Shown here piece after piece: positions 45,189 to 55,801 of a stretch of DNA of 58,825 nt; position 1 is the first letter of the stretch; every line of letters starts with the position of its first letter. The translations under genes and the position numbers were made by a program. Source of the stretch: a virus (lineage: Duplodnaviria > Caudoviricetes); the IMG/VR virus record IMGVR_UViG_3300048996_000263, positions 1 to 58,825 of that record. One strand, written 5' to 3'. The notes beneath the pieces were generated by a model. That model did not search any database. It was not told the DNA's origin and was given only the letters and a program-made list of their open reading frames with translations.

Positions 45189-45853
45189 TGGGCTGCGCTC
45201 TTCTTCTTGGCGCGCCGCTTCTGAGCGCTGACGCGAGCGTAACGACGGGCGCATACCCGGCATTGCCGCCACGTCACGCCTGGTACGAGGTTCTCTTCGC
45301 TCAGCGCGTGTCCGTTGACGCAGTGCGTCTTTCTCGCGTTGACGGCTGCGGCGCCTTCACCGCGAAGGATGTTCGTCTTCGAGGTCACCGGTTCCAGGTG
45401 ATCTGGATTTACGCAACGCCTGTTCCGACATAGGTGATCGAGAACGAGATAGTCAGGCACCTCTCCGTTGATGGTCGCGTAAACGGCCCTATGCGCTTGC
45501 CGTGAATGACCTCCGATGCGCGCGACGCCATAGCCGTTCGGGTTCACATATCCCCGCCATTCCCAGCAATCGTCGGCCATGTCGATGTGAGAGTCCAAGT
45601 ATGGGACACCGGTCGGCTTGGTGCGGGGAGCCGCAACGCGGTCGGATTGGCGCTCGGTTCGCAGTCGGGCATAGCGTTCGCGACCCCTTAGCCGGCCACA
45701 CGCACGGCAGATTCGAGCTCCATCGGTCTTCCGGAACATCGTGTTCTGATCGTCGTAGGGATGCCCAGAGGGGCAACCCGTCTTGGCCGCGTTCGCTTCA
45801 GCAAGAGCTGATCGCTGGACCATGCTGTCGCTGTAATACGGATCCAGACTCAC
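45185..45853 (-). CDS. HNH homing endonuclease
   Basis: CWEW.G....GYG...AHR..Y...LDHLCRNR.CVNP.HLE.VT...N, plus KTxC..GH...CR.C modules at both ends. Confidence 0.88.
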   Translation of the reverse strand: MSLDPYYSDSMVQRSALAEANAAKTGCPSGHPYDDQNTMFRKTDGARICRACGRLRGRERYARLRTERQSDRVAAPRTKPTGVPYLDSHIDMADDCWEWRGYVNPNGYGVARIGGHSRQAHRAVYATINGEVPDYLVLDHLCRNRRCVNPDHLEPVTSKTNILRGEGAAAVNARKTHCVNGHALSEENLVPGVTWRQCRVCARRYARVSAQKRRAKKKSAAQ

Positions 45854-46025
45854 GGCTGAACCTCCCGTCGTTCGCCGACCTCCGGCATCTCGCCCGGCCG
45901 CACAGGACACGGCGCCGCACCCGTGTCGTTGTGGACAGTCACCCGCCTGCCGTCCACGATCAGGATGTGCCGCGCCAACGACCCGCAACGACAGCACGGA
46001 CCGAACATCGAGATCATGTGCCGGG

Positions 46026-47592
46026 TCACGACGCCACCAACCCGGTCGCTCGAGCCCGGTACAGCGCGCGATCCAAAGCCTGCAACGACATGCCCAACGA
46101 CAGGGCGCAGTCAGTCCGGGACATCCCGGTGTCCGTGAAGAACCGGTACTCCTCAACAACGTCGGTCAGTCGACGGTTGGACCGCGGCCAGTTGGAGACC
46201 GTCCCGTTCTTGCGGCACGTGCTGTAGCAGTTCGAGCAGAGACCGCGTGCCAGCAGATCCCTCGACCGTCGGCAGCGAGCGCAGGGGCCGGTCACCGCTC
46301 CTCCTCTGCCGTTGAAGCAGAACCGGAAACGACCTCAGTCAGTGCGTATCCGCCTAACCGGTCAGTGAGTTCGCTCCAGGTGAGCGGCTTGCCGATGCCT
46401 GCCTGCCACACGTCGACGGCGACGCGGCGGCGCGTGAACACCTGACTGTTGGTGTGACGGACCGCATGGACCTCCGGGCTCGGCTCGGGGTCTCCCTTCC
46501 GCCACACGCGTGGCTTCGTAGGCTGGCTTTCATTCTCGGTGCCGGAATGCAAGGGTTCGGTGTCCGGCCGCCCGGCCGATTCGATCTTCACTGAATGCCC
46601 GTACACCACCGACACCGACTCGCCGACCTCGAACACGCCCTCCGGGTCATGAACGCCCTCGAAGGACTCCACAACCGACAGCCAGCACGCGCCGCCATTC
46701 GGTTTGATTAGGCGAGCGGTGAACACGCAGCCGTGCGCGTCGTACTTCACCAGGTCGCCCGGTGCCCAGTCGCCAGTCTGTTGCGCTGGTTCCTCCTCGG
46801 CAGCTGTCTCGTTAGGAGCATTCGAGGAGGACTCCGGTTCGGTCCAGCCGACTTGGTTGGTGTGCCGCCCCGAGTGGCCTTCCGGGCGTAGGCAGCAAAC
46901 CGCCTGCCCGTCTCCCGTGTCCTGTGTTCCGTTGCTACCGGACACCGAGGCGTTCACCAGATCGCAGATCAGCTTGCCCAACGCAGGGTCGAACGTCGAA
47001 GCGGCCTGATGCCCGGACGCGCAAGCAATCACGTGCCCGTACTCGCGCTCCTCGGCCATGCGCCACGGCGTCGGATAGGCGACCTCCGGACCAATCAGCT
47101 GACTGTGGTCACTGGCCATCGGAGTCCACCGCTTTCGGCTCGACCAGCAGTCCGGCATCGAACAACTGGTACGCGATCATGTACGAGTGGTTGCGGGAAG
47201 TCGTGATCGTCAACAGCGCACCCGCTGCCATCGACACCACTCGCGGGTGAGGCGGCTTCAGTAGCGTCTCCCACGGCTCTCTGTCTGTGTCGGGGACGAG
47301 CCGCATACCGGCTTCCTCGTTGAGCGCAAGCTCGGAACGGTCAGCCATCAGACCTCACCGCCTCCGTGGACACGAACCGGACCACGATGTCCTCGTCACC
47401 CGGGATCATCGTGATCTGATCGTCAGCAACCTTCGTGTCTTGCTTGATCAGGCCGAGGCTTTCCATTTCCTTGATGCAGCCCTGGATCGCCTTTTGGACC
47501 TCGACCCAGTTGATGCCGTCCGAGTGCTTCATCGGCACCACGTACTCGACCCGCTTGGTTGTGACCTCGCGTCGGAAGTAGTCAGCCATCAC
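46026..47592 (-). CDS. Four hypothetical genes (46026-46295 Zn/HTH; 46292-47119; 47109-47348; 47341-47592)
   Basis: Coupled ORFs. Confidence 0.55.
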
Positions 47593-47843
47593 GCTTTCCC
47601 TTCGGCAGCCTCGAACTCGCGGACACGCTGCAACACCGAGGCAAGCTGTGCGTGCGTAACCAGCACCTCCCGGGCGCGTGACCCGTCAGCCGGACCGACG
47701 ACCCCGAGATCTTCCAGTTCGACCAACAGGTTCGCGGCTTTCGCGAAAGCCATCCGCAGCTTCCGCTGGATCATCGACGTCGAAGCGATCTGGTTGATGA
47801 CAACAAACTCCGCTACCTCTTCGAGCATGGACTTGGTGCTCAC
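47589..47843 (-). CDS. Stand-alone FtsK gamma (winged-helix) domain protein
   Basis: A.E.VV..Q.ASTSMIQRKLR..FAKA..L...LE..GVVGP.DGSRAREVL. Confidence 0.88.
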   Translation of the reverse strand: MSTKSMLEEVAEFVVINQIASTSMIQRKLRMAFAKAANLLVELEDLGVVGPADGSRAREVLVTHAQLASVLQRVREFEAAEGKA

Positions 47844-48385
47844 TTAAGTACCTCCGGAAGGGTCGGCCACGCGACCTTGGCGCGGGCGTCGGCGTGATGC
47901 GCACGAGACGGCACAGGCAAGCCGATGTGCTGCGCGCCCATCGTCGCCAGCGCCAAGGCATCCCACTCGTTGTCGTTGCGGGCCGACGCGTCCGGCCACA
48001 GCTTGGACATGCCCACAGCCACAGCGGTCTTGTCGGCATTCCCCGCGCCCGCAGCGAACTTCTTCACCGTGGCAGGCGCCGCGACCGCGATCAGGTGACC
48101 TTGGCTCAGGAGCGTGTCAACGACGGCACCGTAGAGCCACGCCCGGTCCCAAGACCCGACACTGCTCGACCCGTAGGACGGTCCCTCGATCACCACGAGC
48201 ACGGCGGGGATGGCGAACTTGGCGACGTCAGCGACGATCCTGTTGATCCTGTCCCGGCGCTGTCGCAGTGTGGCGTCCGGGATGCTGGCCGACTTGATGG
48301 TGCCGACTCGGACGTCACCGATGTTGACGAGGCTCGCACCTGTGGCGGTCATGCTGATGTCCAGCCCTACGACCGTGGCAGTCAT
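47840..48385 (-). CDS. RuvC-like Holliday junction resolvase
   Basis: VGLDISMTATG, VVIEG, P.TVKKFA.G.GNADK, NDNE.DALALA. Confidence 0.88.
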   Translation of the reverse strand: MTATVVGLDISMTATGASLVNIGDVRVGTIKSASIPDATLRQRRDRINRIVADVAKFAIPAVLVVIEGPSYGSSSVGSWDRAWLYGAVVDTLLSQGHLIAVAAPATVKKFAAGAGNADKTAVAVGMSKLWPDASARNDNEWDALALATMGAQHIGLPVPSRAHHADARAKVAWPTLPEVLK

Positions 48386-48765
48386 GAGTTCACCGCCGCT
48401 ATGAGACCAAGCTCCTTAGCGATGGAGACCACCGTGTCGCACGGATACGGGTACGGCTCACCCTCATACCAGTTGCCGCACACCGCACAGGCAGGGTTCT
48501 CTCGGTCCGTGTGCGCGTGCATCGGGATGGTCTCGCCGTGGTGTTCTTTCTCGAACACGCTCAACGGTTCCCCGTAGCCGTCGCACATGCAGCACTTCCC
48601 GGTCTTCGCCGAGACCGAACCGTGTTGAATGTCAGGGCCGTGGATGTCGAGCACCGCGAGGATGGCCGCCTTGCCTTTGGCCGCCGCGCCTGACGTCTCG
48701 GTGCTCAGCTTCCAGTACCCGCGCTCCAGCTCGGCGCGGATCAGGTCAACGAGGTCAGCCATCAC
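48382..48765 (-). CDS. Hypothetical protein
   Basis: VLDIH.P...C..C...YPC.TV motif. Confidence 0.6.
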   Translation of the reverse strand: MMADLVDLIRAELERGYWKLSTETSGAAAKGKAAILAVLDIHGPDIQHGSVSAKTGKCCMCDGYGEPLSVFEKEHHGETIPMHAHTDRENPACAVCGNWYEGEPYPYPCDTVVSIAKELGLIAAVNS

Positions 48766-49013
48766 GCACCGCCTCTCGGCAGCAGCGAGCCCGGCGCGAC
48801 ATCGAACGCTTCAGCTACCGCAACCAAATCAGCCACGGAGATAGCCCGATCACCAGCCTCCCACCCAGACACTGTCCGGGGGCCCACGTCCACCATCACC
48901 GCGAGATCCGCTTGGGTCCAGCCGATCCCTATGCGTAGGGCCCGGATGTGCCATCCGATGAACTCGTTCAGTTCGGCCCGGTCTGTGGTCACAGACTCAT
49001 CGACAGCGGTCAT
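48762..49013 (-). CDS. XRE-family HTH protein
   Basis: IRALR...GWTQADLA...TVSGWEAG.R. Confidence 0.85.
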   Translation of the reverse strand: MTAVDESVTTDRAELNEFIGWHIRALRIGIGWTQADLAVMVDVGPRTVSGWEAGDRAISVADLVAVAEAFDVAPGSLLPRGGA

Positions 49014-49318
49014 GGGGACACCGCCGGAAGGTTCGCCACGATCCACGCCAAGACGGCAGGCAGCTCGCAGTGGACACGGACACGCTCGGCCTCGGACAGG
49101 TGCGGCAACAACTCCGCCAGGTCATCCAGCACGTCGCTGTTTCCGTACGGCCGCTTCGGGTCCATCGACGCGGCACCGAACTCGCAGTCGTTCCAGCTCC
49201 ATGCCGCCGCGCGCAAGGCACGAAGGTGGTCCTCGGTCGGCTGCAACGGGCCCCTCCGCTCAACCTCGCGGGCGTAGTCGAAGCGGTCGTTCCAGTTGCT
49301 CACCAGGTCGTTGCTCAT
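49010..49318 (-). CDS. Hypothetical protein
   Basis: DPKRPYGNSDV..D motif. Confidence 0.6.
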   Translation of the reverse strand: MSNDLVSNWNDRFDYAREVERRGPLQPTEDHLRALRAAAWSWNDCEFGAASMDPKRPYGNSDVLDDLAELLPHLSEAERVRVHCELPAVLAWIVANLPAVSP

Positions 49319-49797
49319 GTCGTCGCCTCGCAGTCACAGTGGTCGTCTGATGTCCAGATGGCACACCCAGCGGTGTGCATGTCGCTCCCCAACCGCTTGC
49401 AGCCGCCAGCGTCATCCAGCCGCACAAGCCCGTAGTGGAGCCGAACCGGAAACGTCAGCGAGTCGAAACCGTCCGAGATCAGGAACCCATCACCGATCGC
49501 TTCAAGCCGCCTGCTCTCCACACGCTCATGACACGGGTTGCAGATCCACACCAGGTTCGATGCCGCGTTCACCTCTGGCCGGCTAGAGCCACCGGCGCCA
49601 CGCGGGTCACGGTGGTGAATGACCTGCCCGCGTGCGAGGCCGCATCGTTCACAGCCGTAGTTCGCGCGCTGCTTGACCAGTTCTTTCGTGTCGTCGTCGG
49701 GCCCGGTGTCGACGTAGCGCTGGGTTTTGGGTGTGCCGCGTTTGATTGGTGCCTTGGCGCGCAGCCCGGTCTTGCGCGACAGCGAGGAGCGCCTCAT
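49315..49797 (-). CDS. HNH endonuclease
   Basis: CERC...IHHR.PRG.GG...N...NL..IC..CH. Confidence 0.8.
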   Translation of the reverse strand: MRRSSLSRKTGLRAKAPIKRGTPKTQRYVDTGPDDDTKELVKQRANYGCERCGLARGQVIHHRDPRGAGGSSRPEVNAASNLVWICNPCHERVESRRLEAIGDGFLISDGFDSLTFPVRLHYGLVRLDDAGGCKRLGSDMHTAGCAIWTSDDHCDCEATT

Positions 49798-50150
49798 GAC
49801 CCGAACCCGCGTTCCGCGTTGTACATCGCACGGACGCCCTTGTTCAGGTTCTGCAACGCCGACAGCTCGGCCATGTACACGTCGAGCTTCCGCTTCGTGT
49901 ACTCGAACTCGACACGCGCGAAGTCCAGGGTCTTGCGCTTCTCGTACGCCTCAACCTCAGCGGCGTGCCGCTTCTCCGTCTGCGGACCGTCATGCGCAAG
50001 GAACGCCAGCGACCGTGCGTGCTCCCACTCGGTTTCGGCTTCGAGCATCGCGCCGTGCTTCTGTGAGAAGATCGTCACCCCGTTGTGGCAACGGTTCTTG
50101 ATGTCGAGGATCTGCTGTTCCAGGTCCACCGGGTTCAGTACCTCGCCCAT
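49794..50150 (-). CDS. Coiled-coil protein next to recombination genes
   Basis: Helical; conserved LNPV.LE...LSALQ pattern. Confidence 0.6.
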   Translation of the reverse strand: MGEVLNPVDLEQQILDIKNRCHNGVTIFSQKHGAMLEAETEWEHARSLAFLAHDGPQTEKRHAAEVEAYEKRKTLDFARVEFEYTKRKLDVYMAELSALQNLNKGVRAMYNAERGFGS

Positions 50151-50809
50151 TACGACGCCCCCTTACCGCGCTGCATCCTCTTCGCCGGGCGCAGGTAATC
50201 CAGGTACCTCTTCAGGGCCTCTTCGTCCGCGTGCTCGATCTCCATCTCGCCCTGAGACCAGTGCGCGAAGTCATCCGACAGCGCTACATAGGTGTCGTCT
50301 GGGAGGATCCATTCGCGCTTCTTGCCCTCCGTCCAGATCGCGTGCTTCAGGACGGTTAAGGGGTCGGCCGCGGCCCGCTCGAACGCGGCGAGCGCTTCCG
50401 GGTCAGCTTCGCCTGTCGGGATTGCCAGCGCCTGCGTGTAGGCGATCCGCTGTGCCACCGACATAGCCTTCGATACTGCACTCGCTCCGGCGTCCTGCGC
50501 CTCGCCGGGAACCGTGCAAGACGTCTTGTCTCCGGACGGTCCCTCGAACTCGTAGCGGACGATGACGGTGACTTCCCGCATCGTCTCGCCCTTCTTCGTC
50601 GTGACGTCGCGGGACTCCAGGCTCTGCAGATGCGGGGTCGGCACGATGCCGTGCTTCCGGAACGCGGGACCGATGTGGTCCATGACCTGCTCCACACCAC
50701 GGAACGAGAAGTTGTAGAAGTTGTTCCGGCCGCCCTTGCCGATCTTCGTCACGTCTCGCATCACCGCGATCAGCGCGTTGTGGACAGTCACGGCCTCGGT
50801 GTCGGTCAT
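50150..50809 (-). CDS. ERF-family single-strand annealing protein
   Basis: K.G.N....FSFRGVE...GEA.D.G..AVSKAMSVA.R...IPT..DP. Confidence 0.88.
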   Translation of the reverse strand: MTDTEAVTVHNALIAVMRDVTKIGKGGRNNFYNFSFRGVEQVMDHIGPAFRKHGIVPTPHLQSLESRDVTTKKGETMREVTVIVRYEFEGPSGDKTSCTVPGEAQDAGASAVSKAMSVAQRIAYTQALAIPTGEADPEALAAFERAAADPLTVLKHAIWTEGKKREWILPDDTYVALSDDFAHWSQGEMEIEHADEEALKRYLDYLRPAKRMQRGKGAS

Positions 50810-51579
50810 GCCGCACCCCGTGTCATCGGCTGACCGATCAGCTTGTCCAGCTTCTTGCTCTGCACGTTGCTCAGGTAGTTCCGTTGCGCCGTCAGATACC
50901 TCTCGAACGTCGACTCGTCCGCCTGTAGAGGGATCAGGTCATAGGCGCCGGGCTGGATGTGCAGCACCAGGGTGGCCTCGACCGGGATCATGGGCTGCTC
51001 CTTGCCGTCGGCGTCGAGGTACACATCGGCATACCGGTAGGCAGCAACCTGCAACGCCACTTCGCCATAAACCCCGCGCGACGTCTTGTAGTCGACCAAA
51101 GCCCGGCCGACGCCCGGGAGATCCTGGATAGAGTCCAGCGTCCCGGCGTACCCGTGCTTCCGGCTGGCGACGACGAGTTCTTCGTGGACCGACACGGGCG
51201 ACCAGTCGTTGATGAACGCCGCGTATCCCTCGACATACGCGAGCACGTCGTCCGGGACTTCGACCTCCTCACCGCGGATGTACTGCTCGGCGAGCGCGTG
51301 CACTCGGGTGCCACGAACCGCGGCGGTGTCACGGCGCTGGTTCGGAATGCCCTTCAGGAAGTCGATCGTCGGGTACTTGCCGCCGGAGTCGAGCATCCGC
51401 TTGACGTCGTAGATGTTGTCGACCACGTAGGTCGCGACCTCTTTCGCGGCCCACGGCACGAGCGCGTCCTTCGGGATGCCCTTCAACGCGGTGGTCACTC
51501 CGACCGCGCGTTTACCGTCGATCGTGTACGAGTGCCCGTACTTCGTGTCCACACGCTTGATTCCGGTTAGCGGGCTCAC
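50806..51579 (-). CDS. PD-(D/E)XK (RecB/Cas4-like) exonuclease
   Basis: GVTT, RGT.VH, E, YAGTLD, DYKT, LQVAAY motifs. Confidence 0.88.
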   Translation of the reverse strand: MSPLTGIKRVDTKYGHSYTIDGKRAVGVTTALKGIPKDALVPWAAKEVATYVVDNIYDVKRMLDSGGKYPTIDFLKGIPNQRRDTAAVRGTRVHALAEQYIRGEEVEVPDDVLAYVEGYAAFINDWSPVSVHEELVVASRKHGYAGTLDSIQDLPGVGRALVDYKTSRGVYGEVALQVAAYRYADVYLDADGKEQPMIPVEATLVLHIQPGAYDLIPLQADESTFERYLTAQRNYLSNVQSKKLDKLIGQPMTRGAA

Positions 51580-54259
51580 GCCTTCACGTCCTCTCCGTCC
51601 GGTGCTGCCCGGACCACACGCAACGACCGGTGCGGTGGATACCTCGACTCATCCGGGTGAGGCTTGTCCCGCAACCACTCCGGGTTCAGGGCCAGCGTCA
51701 CGCCGATCGCCAAAGCCACGGCCAGGAAGCTGAACGCCATCACCAGCACGATCACGTCGATCACTCGTCCTCCTCACGGTTGGTGCGAAAGTCCTCAAGG
51801 TCGAACGGGCGATCCTCCGGCGGGTCCTCACCCTGAGGCCCGGCCAGCAGGTAGTACGCGACCGCGAACAGGACCAGGCCGACGAGCGCGACAGCGAATG
51901 CGATGGCCAGCAGGTCACTCACTTGTCCTTCTCCCTACGCTTCTCGGCTTCTCTCGCCAGTGCCTCAGCCGCCTCGTCAGCGACCGTCTTGTCCTCGGCT
52001 AACCCGAGAGCGACCGCAGCCTTGTGCGACAAGTCCTTCAGGCCCATGTCATTCACGCCCCGCCGCGTCACGGGTGCGGTCTTCCTGGACCTCGCGAGCA
52101 GTAAGCGCGGCAGTGCCCGGAACGACACCGATCAGCACACCCGGACTGTCGGACTCCGGCAGTCGGCCACCGCAGTTCCTAGCTTCGGACGACTCGATGC
52201 ACAGCCACTCCGGGTTGCGCCACACCTGTTGGCTCGACCCGAATCCGGAGCAAAGGGCACGGTGGACGAGGACCCAGATCGAGTAGCCGCCTTCGTGCTC
52301 TTCGCGGCGGACAGTTCCAACCTCGCTCACGTCGCTCTCCCCATCTTGTATGCCACCCGAGCGGTCACAGCGATAGCGACCACAAACACCACCACCGACA
52401 CCACCGGCAAACCAGTCACCATGAACGCCATCCCCAGCGCTGTCGTGAAAGCAGCCGTCACCAACGACACGACCGAACCGAAGACGTGCCGGCTGAACCA
52501 CCCCGCCAGTAGCAGGAAGGGATGCCACACCCACAACGTCCACGCGTCACCCACGATCCCGAACAGGTCGGCCAGGACCGGGTGCGCGATCTTCTTGGCG
52601 TGCGCCGCGGTCATGACACACCCGGCTTGTGGTCTTTGAGTGTCAACTGGACAGTGCCGCTCTTCGCCCAGTGCTGAGAACTCGCCAGGAAGCAGGGCGC
52701 GAACGGGATCAGGATGTAGTCCCCGGCCTCGACGAACTTCTCGCCGGTCTCACCGGTAGCCAGATCAACGACGGTGACCTTGAACCCGTTGACCGGTGTC
52801 CCGACGGCCTCGCAGTCCTTGCCGCCCAAGCGGTGGAACGCGATCTTCCCGTCCTCGACCTTGACGTGGTGCGTGCACTTCGGGCAGGCGATGGTGGTCT
52901 TCCCTGGCGCGGTCATCACGCATCCACCCAGACGTCACCGACACGCTTAAGCGGGTAGTAGTCCGGTATAGACTTCCATCCGGTCTCGCCACGGTCGTCA
53001 GCGGTGATGTCGCAGCACGGCGTACGCCACATCGAACAGTCCGTGTAGCGGCCGGTCACGATCACGGCTGCCAAGTCGTAGACGCGTTGGCAGAACTTGC
53101 ATCGAACGGGCCGCGTCATGTCCTCGGCTTCCGGCACGTCCATGGCCCGACCGGACATCCACATGCGGTCCATCACGCCTCCTGCAACTGGACGTGAACA
53201 TCCCACTCGTGCGGGCCAGACTCATCCGGGAACGCGTCACCCGACAGGACATCCCACACGTGCACCGGGACATCAGCGATCCGGCCGAACACAAAGCCGT
53301 ACACAGTCCCCGACTTGCCCCGCTCCGCGCTGCTTGTGACGTTGGCCAGTGTGCGAGCCCATGAGATCATGTCGGCAGGGTTCCGCGTCTGAATGTCCAG
53401 CCCTGACACGAAACCGCCCGGTTTGTAGAACTGCCACTTCAGGTTCGCGAAGGCCAGGTCGGGGTGCTCGTGCATGTGTTGTCCGAGGGTGACGAGCGCG
53501 TCAGCCACCGTCAGTCGGGTATGGTTCTGGTCGTCCATGAGGATTGGTCCTTTCTCCTCTGGTCGTGCGGGTCGCTCGGGGCTACGGGCGGCCCGCTTAC
53601 GTTTCGACTACTGGTCTTTGCGAAACCACGACTTGATGCGCTGCCACAACGACGGCCGCGACACCGCCGCCAGCAACACGGCGGAATCGGCATCAGACAG
53701 CGGTGCGTACGCGAAATCCTCTGGCTCCAACGTCGTGTCGATCACGACCGGTTGGCCGTCGGGCCAGGTTTCGATCGGCTCATACAGGTCGGGGTGGTAG
53801 ACGGAGATGTGGGACAGGAGGTCTGTGGTGCGCACATCGGTCTTGCAGATGTCGCAGCGGCCCATACCGGCGCTCATGCTGGTTCACCACCCGGGACCAC
53901 ACGAAAAGCTGCACGCAGATCACGCGCCTGACGGCACCCCGGTTTGTGACCGTCCCGTACCTCCACCGAACCGTCCTCGACCACGAGCACCGGGTAATGA
54001 CTGCAGGATGGACACATGCGGGCTACCGCGATCTGGCGAGACAGTTCGTTGTGGACCGTCGGAGACAACTGGATCATGATGGCGCTCATACCGGTGGCCC
54101 TTCTGTGAGGACCAGCACGGCGCACACCTTCCCGTCGACGGGCGCATTAGTGCGGTGGGCCGCATCGAAGTAACGGATAACGTCCTTGCTGTCGCGCAGC
54201 AGGATGAGCGTGTCGTCGTGGGCGCCGTCGAGGATGTCGAGCAGCTCTGCCTTGGTCAT
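51576..54259 (-). CDS. Cluster of about 11 small early genes, several membrane or Cys-containing (e.g. 51576-51764, 51761-51922, 52049-52330, 52327-52614, 52611-52919, 52916-53173, 53173-53538, 53608-53877, 54086-54259)
   Basis: Chain of overlapping stop/start codons with SD sequences. Confidence 0.55.
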
Positions 54260-54756
54260 GACGCCTTCACAAACTCACACAAGCTGATCTTGACCAGCTC
54301 GCCCTTTTTGGTCGTGAACCGGGCCGGGCCGGGTCCGTTCACGAGATCGTTCGCGATGATGTCCCCAGCGTCGTTCCGTTGCCGCGCCCAATAGCACCCG
54401 GTCTCCGAACCCGCAGACCGGTACGTGCCCGGTTCCATGTCGGTTCCGACGAGGTAGGTGCCCGGCCCGAACCCGGCAGGTTTCGGTGGTGCGGGCGGCG
54501 TGTACGTCACGGTCGCGGCCGGAAGAGGCGGCGCTGTCACCGTGGCAACGGCCGGGCCGGGCACAGTCACCGTGACCGTCGACACCGGACCAGACACCGC
54601 TGTGGAACTCGCCGGCTGGTCTGGCGCGAAGATGACCGCGGCGGCCACAACCAGCACGACCGCACTGCCGCCGATGACCGCGGCCTTCTTCAGGCGGCTG
54701 GGTTTCTTCGGCGCCGGGGCTTGGTAGGTGGGGTTCGGCCCGTAGTGGTGCGTCAT
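54256..54756 (-). CDS. Membrane-anchored extracytoplasmic protein
   Basis: TM helix, Pro/Thr linker, G.YLVGTDMEPGTYRS...CYWAR...IIAN domain. Confidence 0.75.
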   Translation of the reverse strand: MTHHYGPNPTYQAPAPKKPSRLKKAAVIGGSAVVLVVAAAVIFAPDQPASSTAVSGPVSTVTVTVPGPAVATVTAPPLPAATVTYTPPAPPKPAGFGPGTYLVGTDMEPGTYRSAGSETGCYWARQRNDAGDIIANDLVNGPGPARFTTKKGELVKISLCEFVKAS

Positions 54757-54803
54757 TGGTTCAAGCCCTTTCGGTGAGTTGAGCGCACGGGTTGGGTCGA
54801 GGT

Positions 54804-55043
54804 TCACGCGGACGCACCGCCCTCAATGGACAGGCGACCAACCGCGATACCGAGCAGGTTGGACAGCGTGATCACGTCAGCGAACCGTTCGTCCGTCTGC
54901 AACATCGCGGTGACGTCACACACCGACTCCTCGTACGAGCGGCCGTTTGCCTGCAGTGCGCGGATGGTGGCGGCGAGCGCGTTCAGGTAGGGCGCGTATT
55001 CCGCTGCGATCTGGTCGTACTCGGCGATCTGCGCGGGAGTCAC
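54804..55043 (-). CDS. Hypothetical protein
   Basis: Coupled to antirepressor stop. Confidence 0.55.
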   Translation of the reverse strand: MTPAQIAEYDQIAAEYAPYLNALAATIRALQANGRSYEESVCDVTAMLQTDERFADVITLSNLLGIAVGRLSIEGGASA

Positions 55044-55801
55044 GACGTCACCGCCGCGAGGTCACTCCACACGCGATCGAACAGAGACCGGTGCTTCTCC
55101 GTGTACACCGCGACATCACGCAGCGCGCCGTCCACGAACCGCTTCGTCGACCCCGGCTCACGGTCATACCGATCCCGGTAGGCGGCCTTCAGCAGCTTCC
55201 CGAACTTCGTCGACAGCGACCGCAGTGCCGAGCCGGTCACGCCCTTGTCTTCCAGGTACTCGCCGACCGTCAACGGACGCGTCGCCGGATCAACCTCGGG
55301 TTCCTCGCCGAGCGCACGGGCCGCGACATGACGGGCCTTCGCCTCCAGCCAGTTTTTGTCGACGATGCCCTTGAGCGCGGACAGCACCTTCGCCTGCGAC
55401 TCCGCCCTACGGCTGATCGCGGACAGCTGATCCTCGGTGGCGCGCGGGTTGATGACGCCGCCCTCGGTCCAGTACGACTCGATCGCGTCGGCGACCTCGG
55501 ACTGATAGGCGATCAGCTTCGGCCGGGCCGACTCGGCGACCCGCTTCTCGTCGATCGTCGCCAACAGCATCAGGAAGGTGCGGACGTCGATGGCGGTCAT
55601 CTGCCGCGTCCGGCCGTCTTCCGCAACCGTGTCGACGAGCGACATGGTTGCCCAGGACTTGTCCTTGAGCTTCTCGCGCTGCGCCGGATAGGCGACGCCG
55701 ATGGACTCGAGGGCGGGCTTGAGGATGACGTACGGCTTGCCATCGACCTCCGCCAGCAGCAGCCGGTCGCCGTGGAACTCGAAGGGGATCAACTCGGTCA
55801 T
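55040..55801 (-). CDS. Phage antirepressor (P22 Ant N-terminal domain)
   Basis: F.FHGD...PYV.LKP..E.IG....Q..KL...L..YQ.E....YW..G..INPR. Confidence 0.85.
   Translation of the reverse strand: MTELIPFEFHGDRLLLAEVDGKPYVILKPALESIGVAYPAQREKLKDKSWATMSLVDTVAEDGRTRQMTAIDVRTFLMLLATIDEKRVAESARPKLIAYQSEVADAIESYWTEGGVINPRATEDQLSAISRRAESQAKVLSALKGIVDKNWLEAKARHVAARALGEEPEVDPATRPLTVGEYLEDKGVTGSALRSLSTKFGKLLKAAYRDRYDREPGSTKRFVDGALRDVAVYTEKHRSLFDRVWSDLAAVTS

Noticed and set aside
44439-45853. Type II restriction-modification system, or a group I intron/intein
   Set aside because: The nuclease is a phage homing-type HNH, the MTase has its own start, and no splice or intein motifs are evident.
50806-51579. 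CRISPR-associated Cas4
   Set aside because: Lacks the Fe-S Cys cluster and sits next to Erf, as expected of a phage recombination exonuclease.
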